Shown one piece after another: positions 10,260 through 22,949 of a DNA stretch of 64,000 nt (position 1 is the first letter of the stretch; each line of letters starts with the position of its first letter). The stretch spans positions 180,174,001-180,238,000 of the forward strand of contig NC_058368.1 in the NCBI RefSeq assembly GCF_018350175.1, read 5' to 3'. The stretch comes from Felis catus. Taxonomy: Eukaryota. Under the pieces are notes generated by a model. The model was not told the DNA's origin. It did not search any database and was given only the letters and a program-made list of their open reading frames with translations. The translations under genes were made by a program, and so were the position numbers.

Positions 10260-12335
10260 TAGACGACCTCTTGCTTTCAGTTTTAGGAAGGAATAGGCAT
10301 CTGTTCCAGATTGCCCTCTGAACTCAAGGTGATACCACATTCTCTCAGTGGTTCTCAGGGAGCCTCCTGCCCTTCCTTTGAGGTATGTGTGGGCAGGGAT
10401 TCCTGCTCTTGGTCACTCTCTCTCCATCATTTACATGCCTCTTTATACTCCCAAAGCAGCAATGGAACCAGATTTTTTGATCCCCATTTGGCATGTTCTG
10501 CATAACTGGTCTAGCTCCTCCCTTTAGAAATTGAGGGCTCTTAATGCCTTTTGTTCTCAGCTTTATGGGTATTTTCAATCAGAATATTAGAAGATCAAGA
10601 ATGCTGTACACCCTCCACCTACCATTCTTTCTTTTTGGCACTTCTGCATATAGCGGATAGATCCCACCCCCTAAATACATGTGCACATCTGCACAGATGC
10701 ATACACACACACGTATGCATCTCCCACACACACACAAATACAACAAGTAGCTGAAAACAGAATCTAAGAGACCCAAGTGGTAGAGATGTTATCTCCACAA
10801 ATAGCATCTGGGCCCAAAATACCTGTCACGAGTCAACCTGTGAAGACATCTAGTGGGCGTGAAAGGTTTTGAGGCTGGGATCTACGCAGCCCCCTCCACC
10901 TGCACTTCAATGTGTGTTCATTTCAGTATTGGACTGTAGGAGGCAGTCTGATTCCCTCATTTCTAAGTAATCAGGGGGAACCTCATAATAGTCTGCTGAT
11001 ACTTAAAATCACTCCAAAAAGGATGGGCCACACCATGGACCCTGTGCCTGCGTGCCCCCAGGGGTCATCACTGTGTAATGGAGTCCTGGCATCATCTGAG
11101 CCAATAATCAGGCAAAATTAGATATTTTCAGTGACTGCCTTTCCTCTGCCAGCAATGCACAGCTCACAGCTCACAAGGGCCTTCCACACACATCACTTTA
11201 TCCCAGTCTTGTGCAGAGCTCTGTGAGAGGAGAATATTACCCATCTCTGGGAAAGATGAAGATGCCCATTTCAAGACTCCTGAGGTTCTTAATAAACCAA
11301 ACTAAATACATTGGCAGAAACCCTGATTACTTTCCTCCCCTACCCCATTTCTCCCCATCGCAAACCTACCTACACTGATACGGCTCCTCCCCACCTGCAA
11401 CAACGGGCAAGGATCCAAGGCACACCTGGGCTTGGGACCCCATTGCTCTGCTCCTCAGGGCAAGTGCTGTTCCCTGTTCACCCTGCCCTCCTCAAGTTGG
11501 CTGCACTCTCTCTCCCAGAGCTTCCTAGTCACCTGCTTCATTTGCAGAATGATCCAAAGTTTAGCTTAGAGAAGAGAACTAGAAGGAAGGAAGAGGAAAG
11601 GGGTGAAGGAGAAGGGAAGAAGGAAGGGGAAAGATATGGGAGAGATGGAGTTGGCTCTCTACCTACAAGAAACAAACCCACTTGTGTTTCTTCTGACTGG
11701 ACACTTCTCCCAGCCATCGCCTTAATCTCTTTCCTTTTTTTCACAGCCAAATATTTGGGAAGAAAGGTCTATACATGTCTCTACTTCTTTACTTCCTCTT
11801 TCTTTCCCAACTGGCTATAATCTGGCTTCTGTCCCCTCCTCTCCACTAAAACTGATCTAAATTCACCAAGGAGTATCTGACTGCTAAAAAAAAAAAATAA
11901 AAACAAAAATTTGTTTTCTCCAGAGCCTCTGGTTCTGCAGATGACCCCCTTCCTTTTCTTGAGACTTTCCTTTCCCCTGGCTCTGTGGCCCAATCTCTTC
12001 CTGAGATACACCCTCCCTCTCCCTCTCCTTTTCTTTCTTTGTCCACTAACCCTTAAATGCCAGGACCCCTCCCTATACCATCTTAATTCCTCACTCTTCA
12101 TTACCACAGGGATGTGACATTCAAATCCACAATTCCAACTACCAGCCTCAGCTCCCCACTGATGATGGCCTACACCCTGTCATAATAACAATAGCTCATA
12201 TGATGAACTGATACTATGTGCCAGTGCTGTGCCAACCCACAATAACCCTCTGAAGCAACCCACTATCAGCCATATTTCACAGATGTCCAAACTTAAATAA
12301 CTAGCCTGAGGTCACATGGTTATCAAGAGGCTGGG

Positions 12336-12500
12336 TTTTTTTTTTTAATTTTATTTTTTAAATTTACATTCAAGTTAGTTAGCATATAGTGCAACAATGA
12401 CTTCAGGAGTAGATTCCTTAATGCCCCTTCCCCATTTAGCCCACCCCCCTCCCACAACCCCTCCAGTAACCCTCTGTTTGTTCTCCATATTTAAGAGTCT
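12336..12500 (-). mobile_element. Young, heavily 5'-truncated feline L1 3' end
   Basis: Poly-T followed by L1 3' UTR homologous to 41940-42135. TSD tcaagaggctg at 12323-12333 and 12501-12511. Confidence 0.88.
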
Positions 12501-13967
12501 TCAAGAGGCTGCTTTTAAAGTCCATTCTCACTGCTGTTTCTGGTTTCCAGCAACATGATAAACTAACAAAGGGCTGCTGGCTCCCTCACCACAGTCCGAC
12601 CCTGGAGGAAAAATGAAAGTGATAAGGAGCTGGATGAGTCTGAGGTCCTGTCAAAACTGTGAGGAATCCCTCTGGAAAGCCAGAAGATGGTTGGGTCCCA
12701 ATGGAGATGGAAAACAGTGGCGTAGGGAATAGGAGGACAGCCAAGTGCCAACCAGGTAACAGATTCTGAAGAGGGCCTTAGAGCTGCTCTTTCCTGCATT
12801 TCCATGGGGGCTGAGGGTGGGACTGCCTGCCAGCCAGTGCCTGGAGACAGAGGAGCAGCAGGGCACTGGCTGGGCTGGGAACTGAGAACAGCAGGTGCAC
12901 ACAAATGGCCTGGCTCAGGACACTCCTCCCTGCCCCACAGCCTGAGGACAAGGGGATGGATGTCAGCCAAAGAAGACAGCTCTTGGAAAGAGCAGTGCCC
13001 AAGGGTAAGTACAGCCAGGCTCCTCAGGGACAGGGAAAGAAGCAGTGGTTAGTTCCAGGATGGAAGGCCAGGGCACTCATCTTGAGGTGTACACCCGAGC
13101 ACACATACTCACATTCTTAAAACTTTGCAGAACACAACAGGGGCCAGTCCTTTCAGCCCTCCGCCTGGACACACATTCCCAACCAAGGCGATGAGCCCCC
13201 AAGGGGAAAGCTGGTGTGTGTGATCACAAATTAGAATAACCGAGGCGAGCAACACCACAAAAGAAAGTCAAAAGGGTAGCCAATGAATATCAGATAAAGC
13301 CCAGCTGAAGGGCCAGAACAGACAATTCAAATAAGCACAACAAATATCTTCAAAAATATAGAAGAGTTTATAAAATGACTCAAGAACAAATACTCATGTT
13401 GAAAAATAATAAAAAAAATTAGCGAAGCTGGTTTGCAAAATATTAACTGTTTTAATATCAATTAAATATTAAAATATTAAATTAAAAACCAATGCTGTTT
13501 TTTTTTTAAAAAGGAACTTTATAGATTGGTTGAATAACAGAATGCAGAAACTTATTTTATTTATTTTTACTTTTTTTTTTTTTTTAAGAAACTGTGTATT
13601 TCCTGTCAACCTTATTTCCATTTTGTTTGCCTTTATGGGAAAATAGCTCAAGACCACTCAACGGTTGTTCCTACCCATTCAATGGCCTGAATAAACTTGA
13701 AGAATGAATTAGTGAGACTGGAAATTCCAGTCAAGACAATCATCCAGAGGAATAACTGGGAAGAGATGAAAAAATAATAAACTATAGAAGAGAAGCTACG
13801 AGACATATATGGAAGAGAGAAGCAGACCTGTCAGCATTTAGATAATAAAAATCCCAGAAGGGGTAAAAAATGAGCATAGGTAAGAAAATATTTGAAGAAA
13901 CAATAACTAAAATTTTTTCCCAAGATTAGAAAGAAAGAATAGACTTTAGATTAAAAGATCTCACAGT

Positions 13968-14180
13968 GGAGTGGCTGGGTGGCTCAGTCAGCTAAGTGTC
14001 CAACTTTGGCTCAGGTCATGATCTTGTGGTTCGTGAGTTTGGGCCCCACGTTGGGCTCTGTGCTGACAGCTCAGAGCCTGGAGCCTTCTTTGGATTCTGT
14101 GTCTCCCTCTCTCTCTGCCCCTCCCCGGCTCACACTCTGTCTCTCTCTCAAAAATAAATAAACATTTAAAAATTTACAAA
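13968..14180 (+). mobile_element. Can-SINE
   Basis: SINE head, body and A-rich tail. Confidence 0.92.
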
Positions 14181-14733
14181 AAACGTTTCGTAGAGTGACA
14201 AACAGATATGTATGAATAAACCCACTCTTAGTCACGTTAAAATGATAGCTTAGGATATCAAAAACAAAGAGAAAATGCTTCCAAAGAGGAAGAACAGATC
14301 ATCTCTTAAAAGCAGACAATGGAATTCTGAAAAACATTTATTCCAATATAAGTATGTATATATACATATACATATATAAAATTTATATATCACATAATGT
14401 ATAATTATATATGTAAATAATTATATATTTCTATCTCACCATTTATAAAACACAGCTTGATTTTCACAATGTGAATACATCTGTGTAACTAACCCTCATA
14501 TTAAAAGGCCCTTTTAATTGGCCCTTACCAGTCACCATTTGTACCCCACAGACAACTCCATCCTAACTGCTAACACCATGAATTAGTTTTTTTCTATTTT
14601 TGAATTTTACATAAATATATGCACACTGTATATACTAATTTGTATCTGGCGTCTTTAGCTCAACATATGTTTATGGGAGTTATGTGTTTGCATCCATGTA
14701 GCAATTGTTCATCTATTCTCACTGATAATAGAG

Positions 14734-14961
14734 CAGAGTTTCTCAACCTCAGCAGTGCTTATATTTTGGGCCAGATAATTCTTTTATGGGAAGACTGTCC
14801 TATGCAATGCAAGATATTTAGCAGCGTCCTCAGTCTCTACCCAGTAGATGCCAATTGCAATCCTCTTCCCTCTCCCAACAAGTTATGAGAACCAAAAAAA
14901 TATCTCCAGACATTGCCAAATGTCTCCTGGGAGGCAACATCGTTTCCAGTTAGAAACATTG
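14734..14961 (+). mobile_element. MER20-like hAT DNA transposon fossil
   Basis: cagagtttctcaacctcagca...gggccagataattctt...ctccagacattgccaaatgtc...gaaacattg matches the recalled MER20 consensus, with degenerate terminal inverted repeats. Confidence 0.8.
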
Positions 14962-15134
14962 CTGTATTGTAGAAATATAGGAAAAGTTTATTTATCTGTA
15001 CTACTGTTGATAGACATTTAGGTTGTTTTCTAATTTGGGACTATTATGAATAATACTATTATGAAGAAAAGCAGTATTTTCAAAAGTTTTAAAGGAAAAG
15101 AGCATCAAAACTGGATTTTTTAAGTTTATGTCTG

Positions 15135-15190
15135 TCCATCCATCCATCCGTCCATCCATCCATCCGTCCATCCATCCATCCATCCATCCA
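15135..15190. repeat. (TCCA)n microsatellite
   Basis: Read directly; derived from a SINE tail. Confidence 0.9.
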
Positions 15191-15406
15191 CCTATTTATT
15201 TTAGTAATCTCCAGACCCAGCATGAGGCTCAAACTCACAACCCTGTGATCAAGAATCACATGTTCTTCCAACTGAGCCAGCCAGGCACCCCTCAGAATTT
15301 TAATCTATATAAAAAGTGCCAGTTTTATCACTCAAAACAATATTCTCTTTGGAAATATTCTTTGAAAATTCTTTTGTAGTTAGTATTCCAGCAAGAAGAG
15401 AAACAA

Positions 15407-15602
15407 GGGGCACCTGGGTGACTCAGTCAGTGAAGCATCCGACTCTTAATGTCAGCTCAGGTCATGATCTCATAGTTTGCAATATCAAACCCCACATTTG
15501 GCTCTGTGCTGACAACATGGAGTCTGCTTTGGATTCTCTCTCTGCTCCTTCCCTACTCATATGCTCTCTTGCTCTCGCTCTTGCTCTCTCTCTCTCAAAA
15601 AA
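15407..15602 (+). mobile_element. Can-SINE followed by a (GAG)n-rich tract
   Basis: SINE head and body; the tail runs into a purine-rich repeat to about 15670. Confidence 0.88.
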
Positions 15603-16224
15603 GGAGGAGGAGGAATAAGAGGAAGAGGAGGAAAAGGAGGAGGAGGAGGAGGAGAATAAAGAGAGGAGAAACAAATCTATACGAATGCTACAAGCCGTAT
15701 GTAAAATAAAGGTGAGTAAACAGCATAGCAAAGTATGCTGTTATCTAAAATAGGAAAAACAACTTCCACTTCTGGGTAGAATGTAGGAGGTTGAAACAGG
15801 CCAACCCTGACACTAACAACTATTAAAACCTAGACAGATTACCCAAAAAAAAAAAAAAAAAAAAATCACATTTTCCAGATGTCAAGGACTTTGGAATAAG
15901 GACTGAAAGGACTAAACACCCCACAGAGGAGAGAACAGTTCACTGGAGAGCTATCAGATCAGCAGCTGATACACTCCCCTGGTGGCATTTGCCACATCGG
16001 GACATGGGTGGAGGACTGGGACTTGGCCCAGGCAGACAGCCACTACTGGGGGAAAGGGAAACCATCAAAGCTTTCTTCTATTGCTGGTGGCTAGAGTGGA
16101 AAAAACAGAAATGAGGAGCCTTCAGACACGCTTGATTTTCCTGACCACAGGTTTGCAGACTCCAAAGCAGGAGGGCAGGATGCTGAATGAGCTGGGCTAA
16201 AAGCTTCTGAAAGTCAAATAAAAT

Positions 16225-17690
16225 CTGATGCATATGCTAATCCATAAAACAAGTCTTAATAAATGTGACAGGACTGAAATTATACAAAGTGTGTTCTCCA
16301 ACCACAATGGAATTAAGTTAGAAATTATTAGCAGAAAGAAATCTCAGAATTGCTCAAATATCTGGAAATTAAACAACATATCTCTAAATAATCCGTGGGT
16401 CAAAGAAGAATTCCCAAGAGAAATTAAAAACCATCTTGAACTGAATGAAAACACAACCATAATGTCAAAATGTATGGGATGTGGTAGGGGTGCCTGGGTG
16501 GCTCAGTTGGTTAAGCATCCAACTTTCGCTCAGATCATGATCTCATAGTTCATGGGTTCAAGTCCTGTGTTGGGCTTTGTGTTGACAGCTCAGAGCCTAG
16601 AGCTTGAGCCTGCTTCAGATTCTATGTCTCCTTCTCTCTCTGCCCCTCCCCTGCTTGCGTTCTGTCTCTGTCTCTGTCTCTCTCTCTCAAAAATTAATGT
16701 GTTAAAAATATTTTAAAAAAATTACGGGAGGTAGCTAAAACAATGCTTAGAGGGAAATGCATACCTTCAAATACCTATATCAGAAAAGAGGAAAGACTTC
16801 AATCAATAACTTAATCTTCCACCCTAATAAACTAGAACAAGGCCAACAACACCTTAGGAAAAGGTACAAAAGATCTCTTTGCAAAAGAAGATAACCAAAT
16901 GTCTGATAAAAGGTACTCAGCTCTGCTAGTCATTAGGAAAATGCAAAAAACCACAAGGTAATACAAACCAACCAGAACCAGGACAACTAAAAGAAACAGA
17001 AAAATATCATGTGCGGGTGACACTGGTGATGGGGGTCTAAACTGACACACCTACTTTGGAGATTTGGTTAGCAGTATTGACCAAAGCTGAACTATACATA
17101 CCTGACAAACCAGCAGTTCCACCCCCAGTGATATACTCAACAGGAATGCCTACCTCTGCTCACCAAAAGGCATGCACTACAATGTTTATAGTAACTCTAT
17201 TCATAATAGGAAAAACAAACAAACAGAAAACTGGAAAATACCAAATGCTCATAAAAAGTAAAATCAATCAATAAATTGTAGTATGTCATATCATGAAACA
17301 CTATGCAAGATACTACACAATGATCAGACTACAATTACATACAGCCACCGAAATTAATCATACCAAAAAAAGGGGTTAAGCATAATAAGATACATACAAA
17401 AACATACATGCTGTATGATTCCTTGTATATAAAATGCAAAAATTGATAGGACAAAAAAGAGTAAATAAAAAAATATTTACTCTTTTAGAAGTAAGAATTG
17501 TGATTTACCTTAGTAAGGGTATGAGGAGTGATTGGTGATAGGCATAAGGAAAATTTGAGTGTTAGTAATGTTTTGGTTTTTTATTTCGCTAGTTACACCA
17601 GTGTGTTCATTTTCTGAAAATTCGTTGAGCTGTGCCTTAATTATATGTTTGCCTTTGTATACGCATATAATATTTCAATTAAAAATTTCA
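16225..17690 (+). mobile_element. Old L1 ORF2/3' fragments (interrupted by a SINE)
   Basis: HKTSLNK...IIQSVFSNHNGIKLEI...NIWKLNN (L1 endonuclease end), followed by degenerate 3' end sequence. Confidence 0.75.
16487..16720 (+). mobile_element. Can-SINE inside an old L1
   Basis: SINE head, body and tail. Confidence 0.92.
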
Positions 17691-17829
17691 AAAAATCATG
17701 CAGTAAGTGATTCAGACAGGATTCAAACCTAGCCAGTCAGATTTAAGAGAATGAATCCTAAATCTCAATTCTAGATTCAAGGTTACACCATTCTCGAGAA
17801 TGGTTGAAGAAAAAATCTAAGTATATCCC

Positions 17830-18258
17830 TACGTTAGTCAGGGTTCTCTGAGGAACAACAATAGGATGTGTTTGGAGAGACAGAAAGAGGAAGAGAGCAA
17901 TTTTTTGTTTAAGAAATTGGCTCCTGCAGTTGTCGGGGGCTGCCAAGTCCAAACTCTGCAGGGAACGCCAGCAGGCTGGAGACTGAGGGAAGAGATAATG
18001 TTTGGGCTCAAGTCTGAAGGTAGTCTAGAGGCAGAATTCCCTCTCCTTCAGAGGACCTCTGACATTTTTCTCCTAAGGCATTCAGCTGATTGGATGAGAC
18101 CCACCCACACTATATAGTCTAATCTGCTTTACTCAAAGCCTATTGATTTAAATGCTAACCTGTAAAAAATGCCTTCACAGAAACATTTAGACTGGCTTTT
18201 GACCAAATATCTGGGTACTGAAGTCTGGCTAAGTTGACACATGAAATTAACCATAGCA
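17830..18258 (-). mobile_element. MLT2-type (ERVL) solo LTR
   Basis: ttagtcagggttctc...aaattggctc...gattggatgagacccacccacact...aagttgacacatgaaattaaccat, typical MLT2 reverse-strand motifs. Confidence 0.8.
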
Positions 18259-18487
18259 ACCTCTAACAATTCAAAATGAAAATTCTACACAAAGTCTAGA
18301 GACAAAAGAGTGGAGACAAAAGAGAAAAGAGTTGTCGAGTGGAGACAAAAGAAAAAATAAGGGATGTGAAAACATGCTAATATTTTTGTCTTGTTCAGGA
18401 GGAAAATAGTGACAGTATTATGTTTAAGACATTATTAGGGAGGATAACTACAAATATTTGTCTTAATTCGTTAAAAATAGAATGCAT

Positions 18488-18981
18488 GGGGCACCTGGGT
18501 GGCTCAGTCGGTTAAGCGTCCGACATGGGCTCAGGTCATGATCTCGCGGGCTCAGGTCATGATCTCGCGGTCCGTGAGTTCAAGCCCCGGGTCGTGCTCT
18601 GAGCTGACAGCTCAGAGCCTGGAGCCTGTTTCAGATTCTGTGTCTCCCTCTCTCTCTGACCCTCCCCCATTCATGCTCTGTCTCTCTCTGTCTCAAAAAT
18701 AAATAAACCTTAAAAAAAAAATTAAAAGGGGCGCCTGGGTGGCGCAGTCAGTTAATCGTCCGACTTCAGCCAGGTCACGATCTTGCGGTCTGTGAGTTCG
18801 AGCCCCGCGTCGGGCTCTGGGCTGATGGCTCAGAGCCTGAAGCCTGTTTCCGATTCTGTGTCTCCCTCTCTCTCTGCCCCTCCCCCGTTCATGCTCTGTC
18901 TCTCTCTGTCCCAAAAATAAATAAACGTTGAAAAAAAAATTTAAATAAAAAAAAAAATTAAAAAAAAATAAATAAATAAAA
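18488..18981 (+). mobile_element. Two tandem Can-SINEs (second, from 18728, in the tail of the first)
   Basis: Two heads at 18488 and 18728. Outer TSD taaaaatagaatgcat at 18472-18487 and 18982-18997. Confidence 0.93.
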
Positions 18982-19673
18982 TAAAAATAGAATGCATGTA
19001 TTTCAAGCCAACAGAACAAAATTCAATTTAATGAAAGGAAGGAAAAGAAAAAAAAGAATAAAATATAAAGTGTAGTAAACATAAAATAAGAATAATTCAT
19101 ATATAATATGAATCTTAGTTTCAACAAAAGTAAACTCACTGCTCAAGAGACTATTAGATTCTATTTTTGAAATATCTATATCAAATATATTTCTTATAAG
19201 TTACTAGTAGAATTTATGTCTACAAACAGCTAAGCAAATTTTGAAAAAGAAGAACCAAGAAAGACTATCCATATTACTAGTTGTTAAGGCATATTTTAAA
19301 CCACAATAAGTCATCAATGCATTGATATAAAGGATCAAATAAACCAACGGACAGAATTAAGAGCTCAGAAATAGACCCAGGTATACATAGCAATTTGTTA
19401 GATAATAATAAATGGACATGGATGGATTTTCTTGGAGATGATGTTGGAAAAACCAGTTTACCATATGTGAAAAATAAAGTTGGATCTCTACTTCAGACCA
19501 TACACAATGGTGAATTACAAAAAAGTAAAGGCATAAATATAAAAAGTAAAATTATAAAGTTAATAGAAACTCCTATCTGTGTGACCTGTGAGAAAGAACC
19601 TGTTGACACTCTAAAAGCAGACATTACACAGAGGAAAATATTACATTTGACTACACCAAAATTAGAGATTTCA

Positions 19674-19900
19674 GGGGCACGTGGGTGGCACCTGAGCATC
19701 TAACCTCAGCTCAGGTTATGATCTCACGGTTCTTGGGTTTGAGGCCATGTTGGGCTCTGTGCTGACAGTTCAGAGCCTGGAGCCTGCTTCAGATTCTGTG
19801 TCTCCCTCTCTCTCTGCCCCTCCCCCATTCATGCTCTGTCTCTCTCTCTCTCTACCTCTCTCTCTCAAAAATAAATAAATATTTAAAAAAAATTTTTTTT
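19674..19900 (+). mobile_element. Can-SINE
   Basis: TSD aattagagatttca on both sides. Confidence 0.92.
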
Positions 19901-20127
19901 AATTAGAGATTTCATAAACAAAATACAGATGAAAAATTGGGAAAAGATACCTGCAATATTTAAAGTTGGTAAGAGATTAATATCTACAACACTCAAAAAT
20001 TCCTTCAAAATCAACAAGAAAAGAACTGGAAACCCAGTAGAAGAATGAGCAAATGATATACACTTAAATTTACCGAGGAGGAAACTTGAATGGCTAATAA
20101 GCAAAAAAAGAAAAGGATAAAGGCCTA

Positions 20128-20370
20128 GGAGCTCCTGGGTGGCTCAGTGGGTTAAGCGTTTCAAAATTCTTGGTTTCTGCTCAGGTCATGATCTCATGGT
20201 CTGTGAGATGGTATCCCACTTCATGTGCTGTCAGCACAGAGCCTACTTGGGATTCTCTCTCTCCCTCTCTATCTCTCTGCCTCTTCCCTGCCCCCCCCCC
20301 CAACAAGAGCCCTCTCCCTCTCAAAATAAATAAACATGAAAAAAAAGTTTTAAAAAAAGAAAAAGTTAAG
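20128..20370 (+). mobile_element. Can-SINE
   Basis: SINE head, body and A tail. Confidence 0.88.
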
Positions 20371-21684
20371 AAAAAGCCTAAATTTACTAGTAAAAAGCGA
20401 ATTACAAACTGTCATTAGATATCCCATCAAATTAGTAAAAATTAAAAAGTCAGGAAATACCAAGTGTTGGCAAGGATATGGGAAAACACCAACCAATCCT
20501 CTTGCACTGCTGATAGGAGAGAATAACAGAACAGCTAAACTGGAAAGCAATCTGCCAGAGTTTTCATACTTGACCAATTCTAAGATACATGTTTTTTGTG
20601 TGCTATGAACTGAGGGGGAGGTGATTGCACATAGCCATATGTCTGTCTATCTGATTCCCACTGAGGCTTAAATTCATCATGACCTAATGTAACTCATCAT
20701 CTTGCTCTACCCTCTCACTCCACTCCTCCTCTGTTTCTTGCATTAAAGTCCCTGCCAGGTTAATACTATCACCATCTACTTAGTCACCTAAAGAAGGTAA
20801 CTTGAGTCAACTTGTACTGTTCCCACTCCCTGTGACTTTGGTCAGTTCTCCCATTTGATGATTCCACCTCTAAAGTGGTCTTGAATCCCTCCATTTGTGT
20901 CCATCCTCACTGCCACAAATGTAATACAAAATCTGGTCACTCCCCTTTTAAGTAACTAAAGTAGCCTCAGTCCTGCATCTTCCCCTTTCCTCTTCTATTC
21001 ACAGTGCATAGAGTGACCGTTCTAAAATATAAATGGGTTCACAGAACTCTCTCCTTAACAGTCCTTCACCATTTCCCAAAGTTCAAGTCCTTTAAGCTGT
21101 AAAGCACATCTTCACCATCTGCCTTCTGCCTCTCTCCAGCCTCAATGCTTTCCGCTCTTCCACATTCAACCCATGACCCTGAAACACCAACCTGGTGACA
21201 CCATACTCTGTTCTTGCCTGGGAAGCTCCAGGGTTGGCCAATTACAAGGAAATTTGATTATAGAAATAATTATAATAGATTATCAAAATAAATGTCTATT
21301 TTTTACTGTATATATTTTTGTAACTTTGTATTTTTATATCATTACAATCTTAGAGAAAATTTGCATGAACAATACAAAGAACTGCATACCCTTTACCCAG
21401 ATTTATCAGTTATTTATATTTAGCCCCATTTGCTTTGTCTTCATAATTCTCTCTGTATTTTTTTCATGTCATTTTTCCTGAACTATTTGAAAGTACATAT
21501 GTTGGAGACATCATGGCCCTTTATCCCTACATATCTCAGAGTATATTTTCTAATAAGGACATCGTCTTACACAATCATGTACAGTTATCAAAATCAGGAA
21601 ATTTAACATTGATACGATACTATTATCTAATCTACAGATCTATAGTCCATTTTCAAATTTTATCAATTGTCCTAAAAACATCTT

Positions 21685-21877
21685 TTTTAAAAAAAATGTG
21701 TATTTATTTTTGAGAGAGAGTGAGAGCCAGGGAGGGGAGAGAGGGGCAGGGGATAGAGGATCCAAAGCAGGCTCTGTGCCAACAGCAGAGAGCTGGATGT
21801 GGGGCTCAAACTCACAAACCATGAGATCATGACCTGAGCTGAAGTCGATGCCTAAGGACTGAGCCACCCAGGTGCCC
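21685..21877 (-). mobile_element. Can-SINE
   Basis: TSD tgtcctaaaaacatctt on both sides. Confidence 0.92.
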
Positions 21878-22418
21878 TGTCCTAAAAACATCTTAACGTT
21901 TTGCGTGTTTGGAACCCAATCCAGAGCCACACATCTAGTTCTTATGTCTCTTTGATCACCTTTACTCAGCCTTTTATGGTCTTTCTTGACTTTGACGTGT
22001 TTGAATTGTTCAGGCCAGTTATTTTGTAGAACATCCCCCAACTTGTGTTTATCTTGTGTTTCCTTATGAAGAGATTGGCATTTTACATTTTTGGCAAAAT
22101 ACCACTGCAGGGACATGGTATCCCTTCTCAGTGCATCCCATCAGGAGGTACAGTTTGATCCAGTATTGGTGATGTCAACTTTATCATTTGATTAAGTGAC
22201 AACTGTCAGGTCTCTACACTTTAAAGTTAAGTTTTTAGCCATTTTATTTTTGCTTTAAACATAAATATGCACTCATTCACCGATCTTTTCATTCAGGCCA
22301 AGGATTTTTCTTTGAGTATCGGTCTGCTAACTGGATCTTTAAGCCATTTCCAATGCATTTCCTAGAATGCATTGTCTAAAATTTCCGATTTCAATTTCTT
22401 TGAAGAAGAGCAATAACT

Positions 22419-22631
22419 GGGGTGTCTGGGTGGCTCAGTCAGTTAAGTGTCTGACTCTTGATTTAGGCTCAGGTCATGATCTCATGGTTCATGAGTTTGA
22501 GCCCCGAGGTGGGCTCTGCACTGACAGCACGGAGCCTCCTTTGATTCTCTCTCTCCCCCTCTCTCTCTGCCCCTCCTCTACAATTTCTCAATCTCTCTCT
22601 CTCAAAATAAATAAACTTAAAAAAAAAAAAA
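22419..22631 (+). mobile_element. Can-SINE
   Basis: SINE head, body and A tail. Confidence 0.92.
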
Positions 22632-22711
22632 GAACAAGAACTTAAAGCCACTGTCAAAGCAATCTGAGTGCTGAATTATTCTAGAGTTTGCATTTTCCCA
22701 GTCTTTTACTT

Positions 22712-22949
22712 TTTTTTTTTAATGTTTTATTTATTTTTGAGACAAGGAGAGACAGAGCATGAACAGGGGAGGGTCAGAGAGAGGGCAACACAGAATCTGA
22801 AACAGGCTCCAGGCTCTGTGCTGACAGCTCAGCTGTGCTGGGTGACTCAGTCGGTTAAGCGGTCGACGTGGGGCTCGAACCCACGGACCGCGAGATCATG
22901 ACCTGAGCTGAAGTCGGCTGCTTTACGGACTGAGCCAGCCAGGCGCCCC
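22712..22949 (-). mobile_element. Can-SINE with an internal rearrangement
   Basis: TSD ttcccagtcttttactt at 22695-22711 and 22950-22966. Confidence 0.92.

Larger units (their letters stand above)
19200..20600 (+). mobile_element. Ancient L1 ORF2 3' fragments (interrupted by two SINEs)
   Basis: Degenerate matches such as cagaaatagaccca, aaacccagtagaagaatgagcaaatgatat and aataccaagtgttggcaaggatatgg. Confidence 0.65.

Noticed and set aside
11311..13120. 169-aa and 135-aa ORFs and a GTAAGT donor near 13006 as an unannotated gene
   Set aside because: Low-complexity or old-repeat-like sequence, no recognisable domain and no coherent exon chain.
18298..18352. Repeated gagtggagacaaaaga
   Set aside because: Small local duplication with no further structure.
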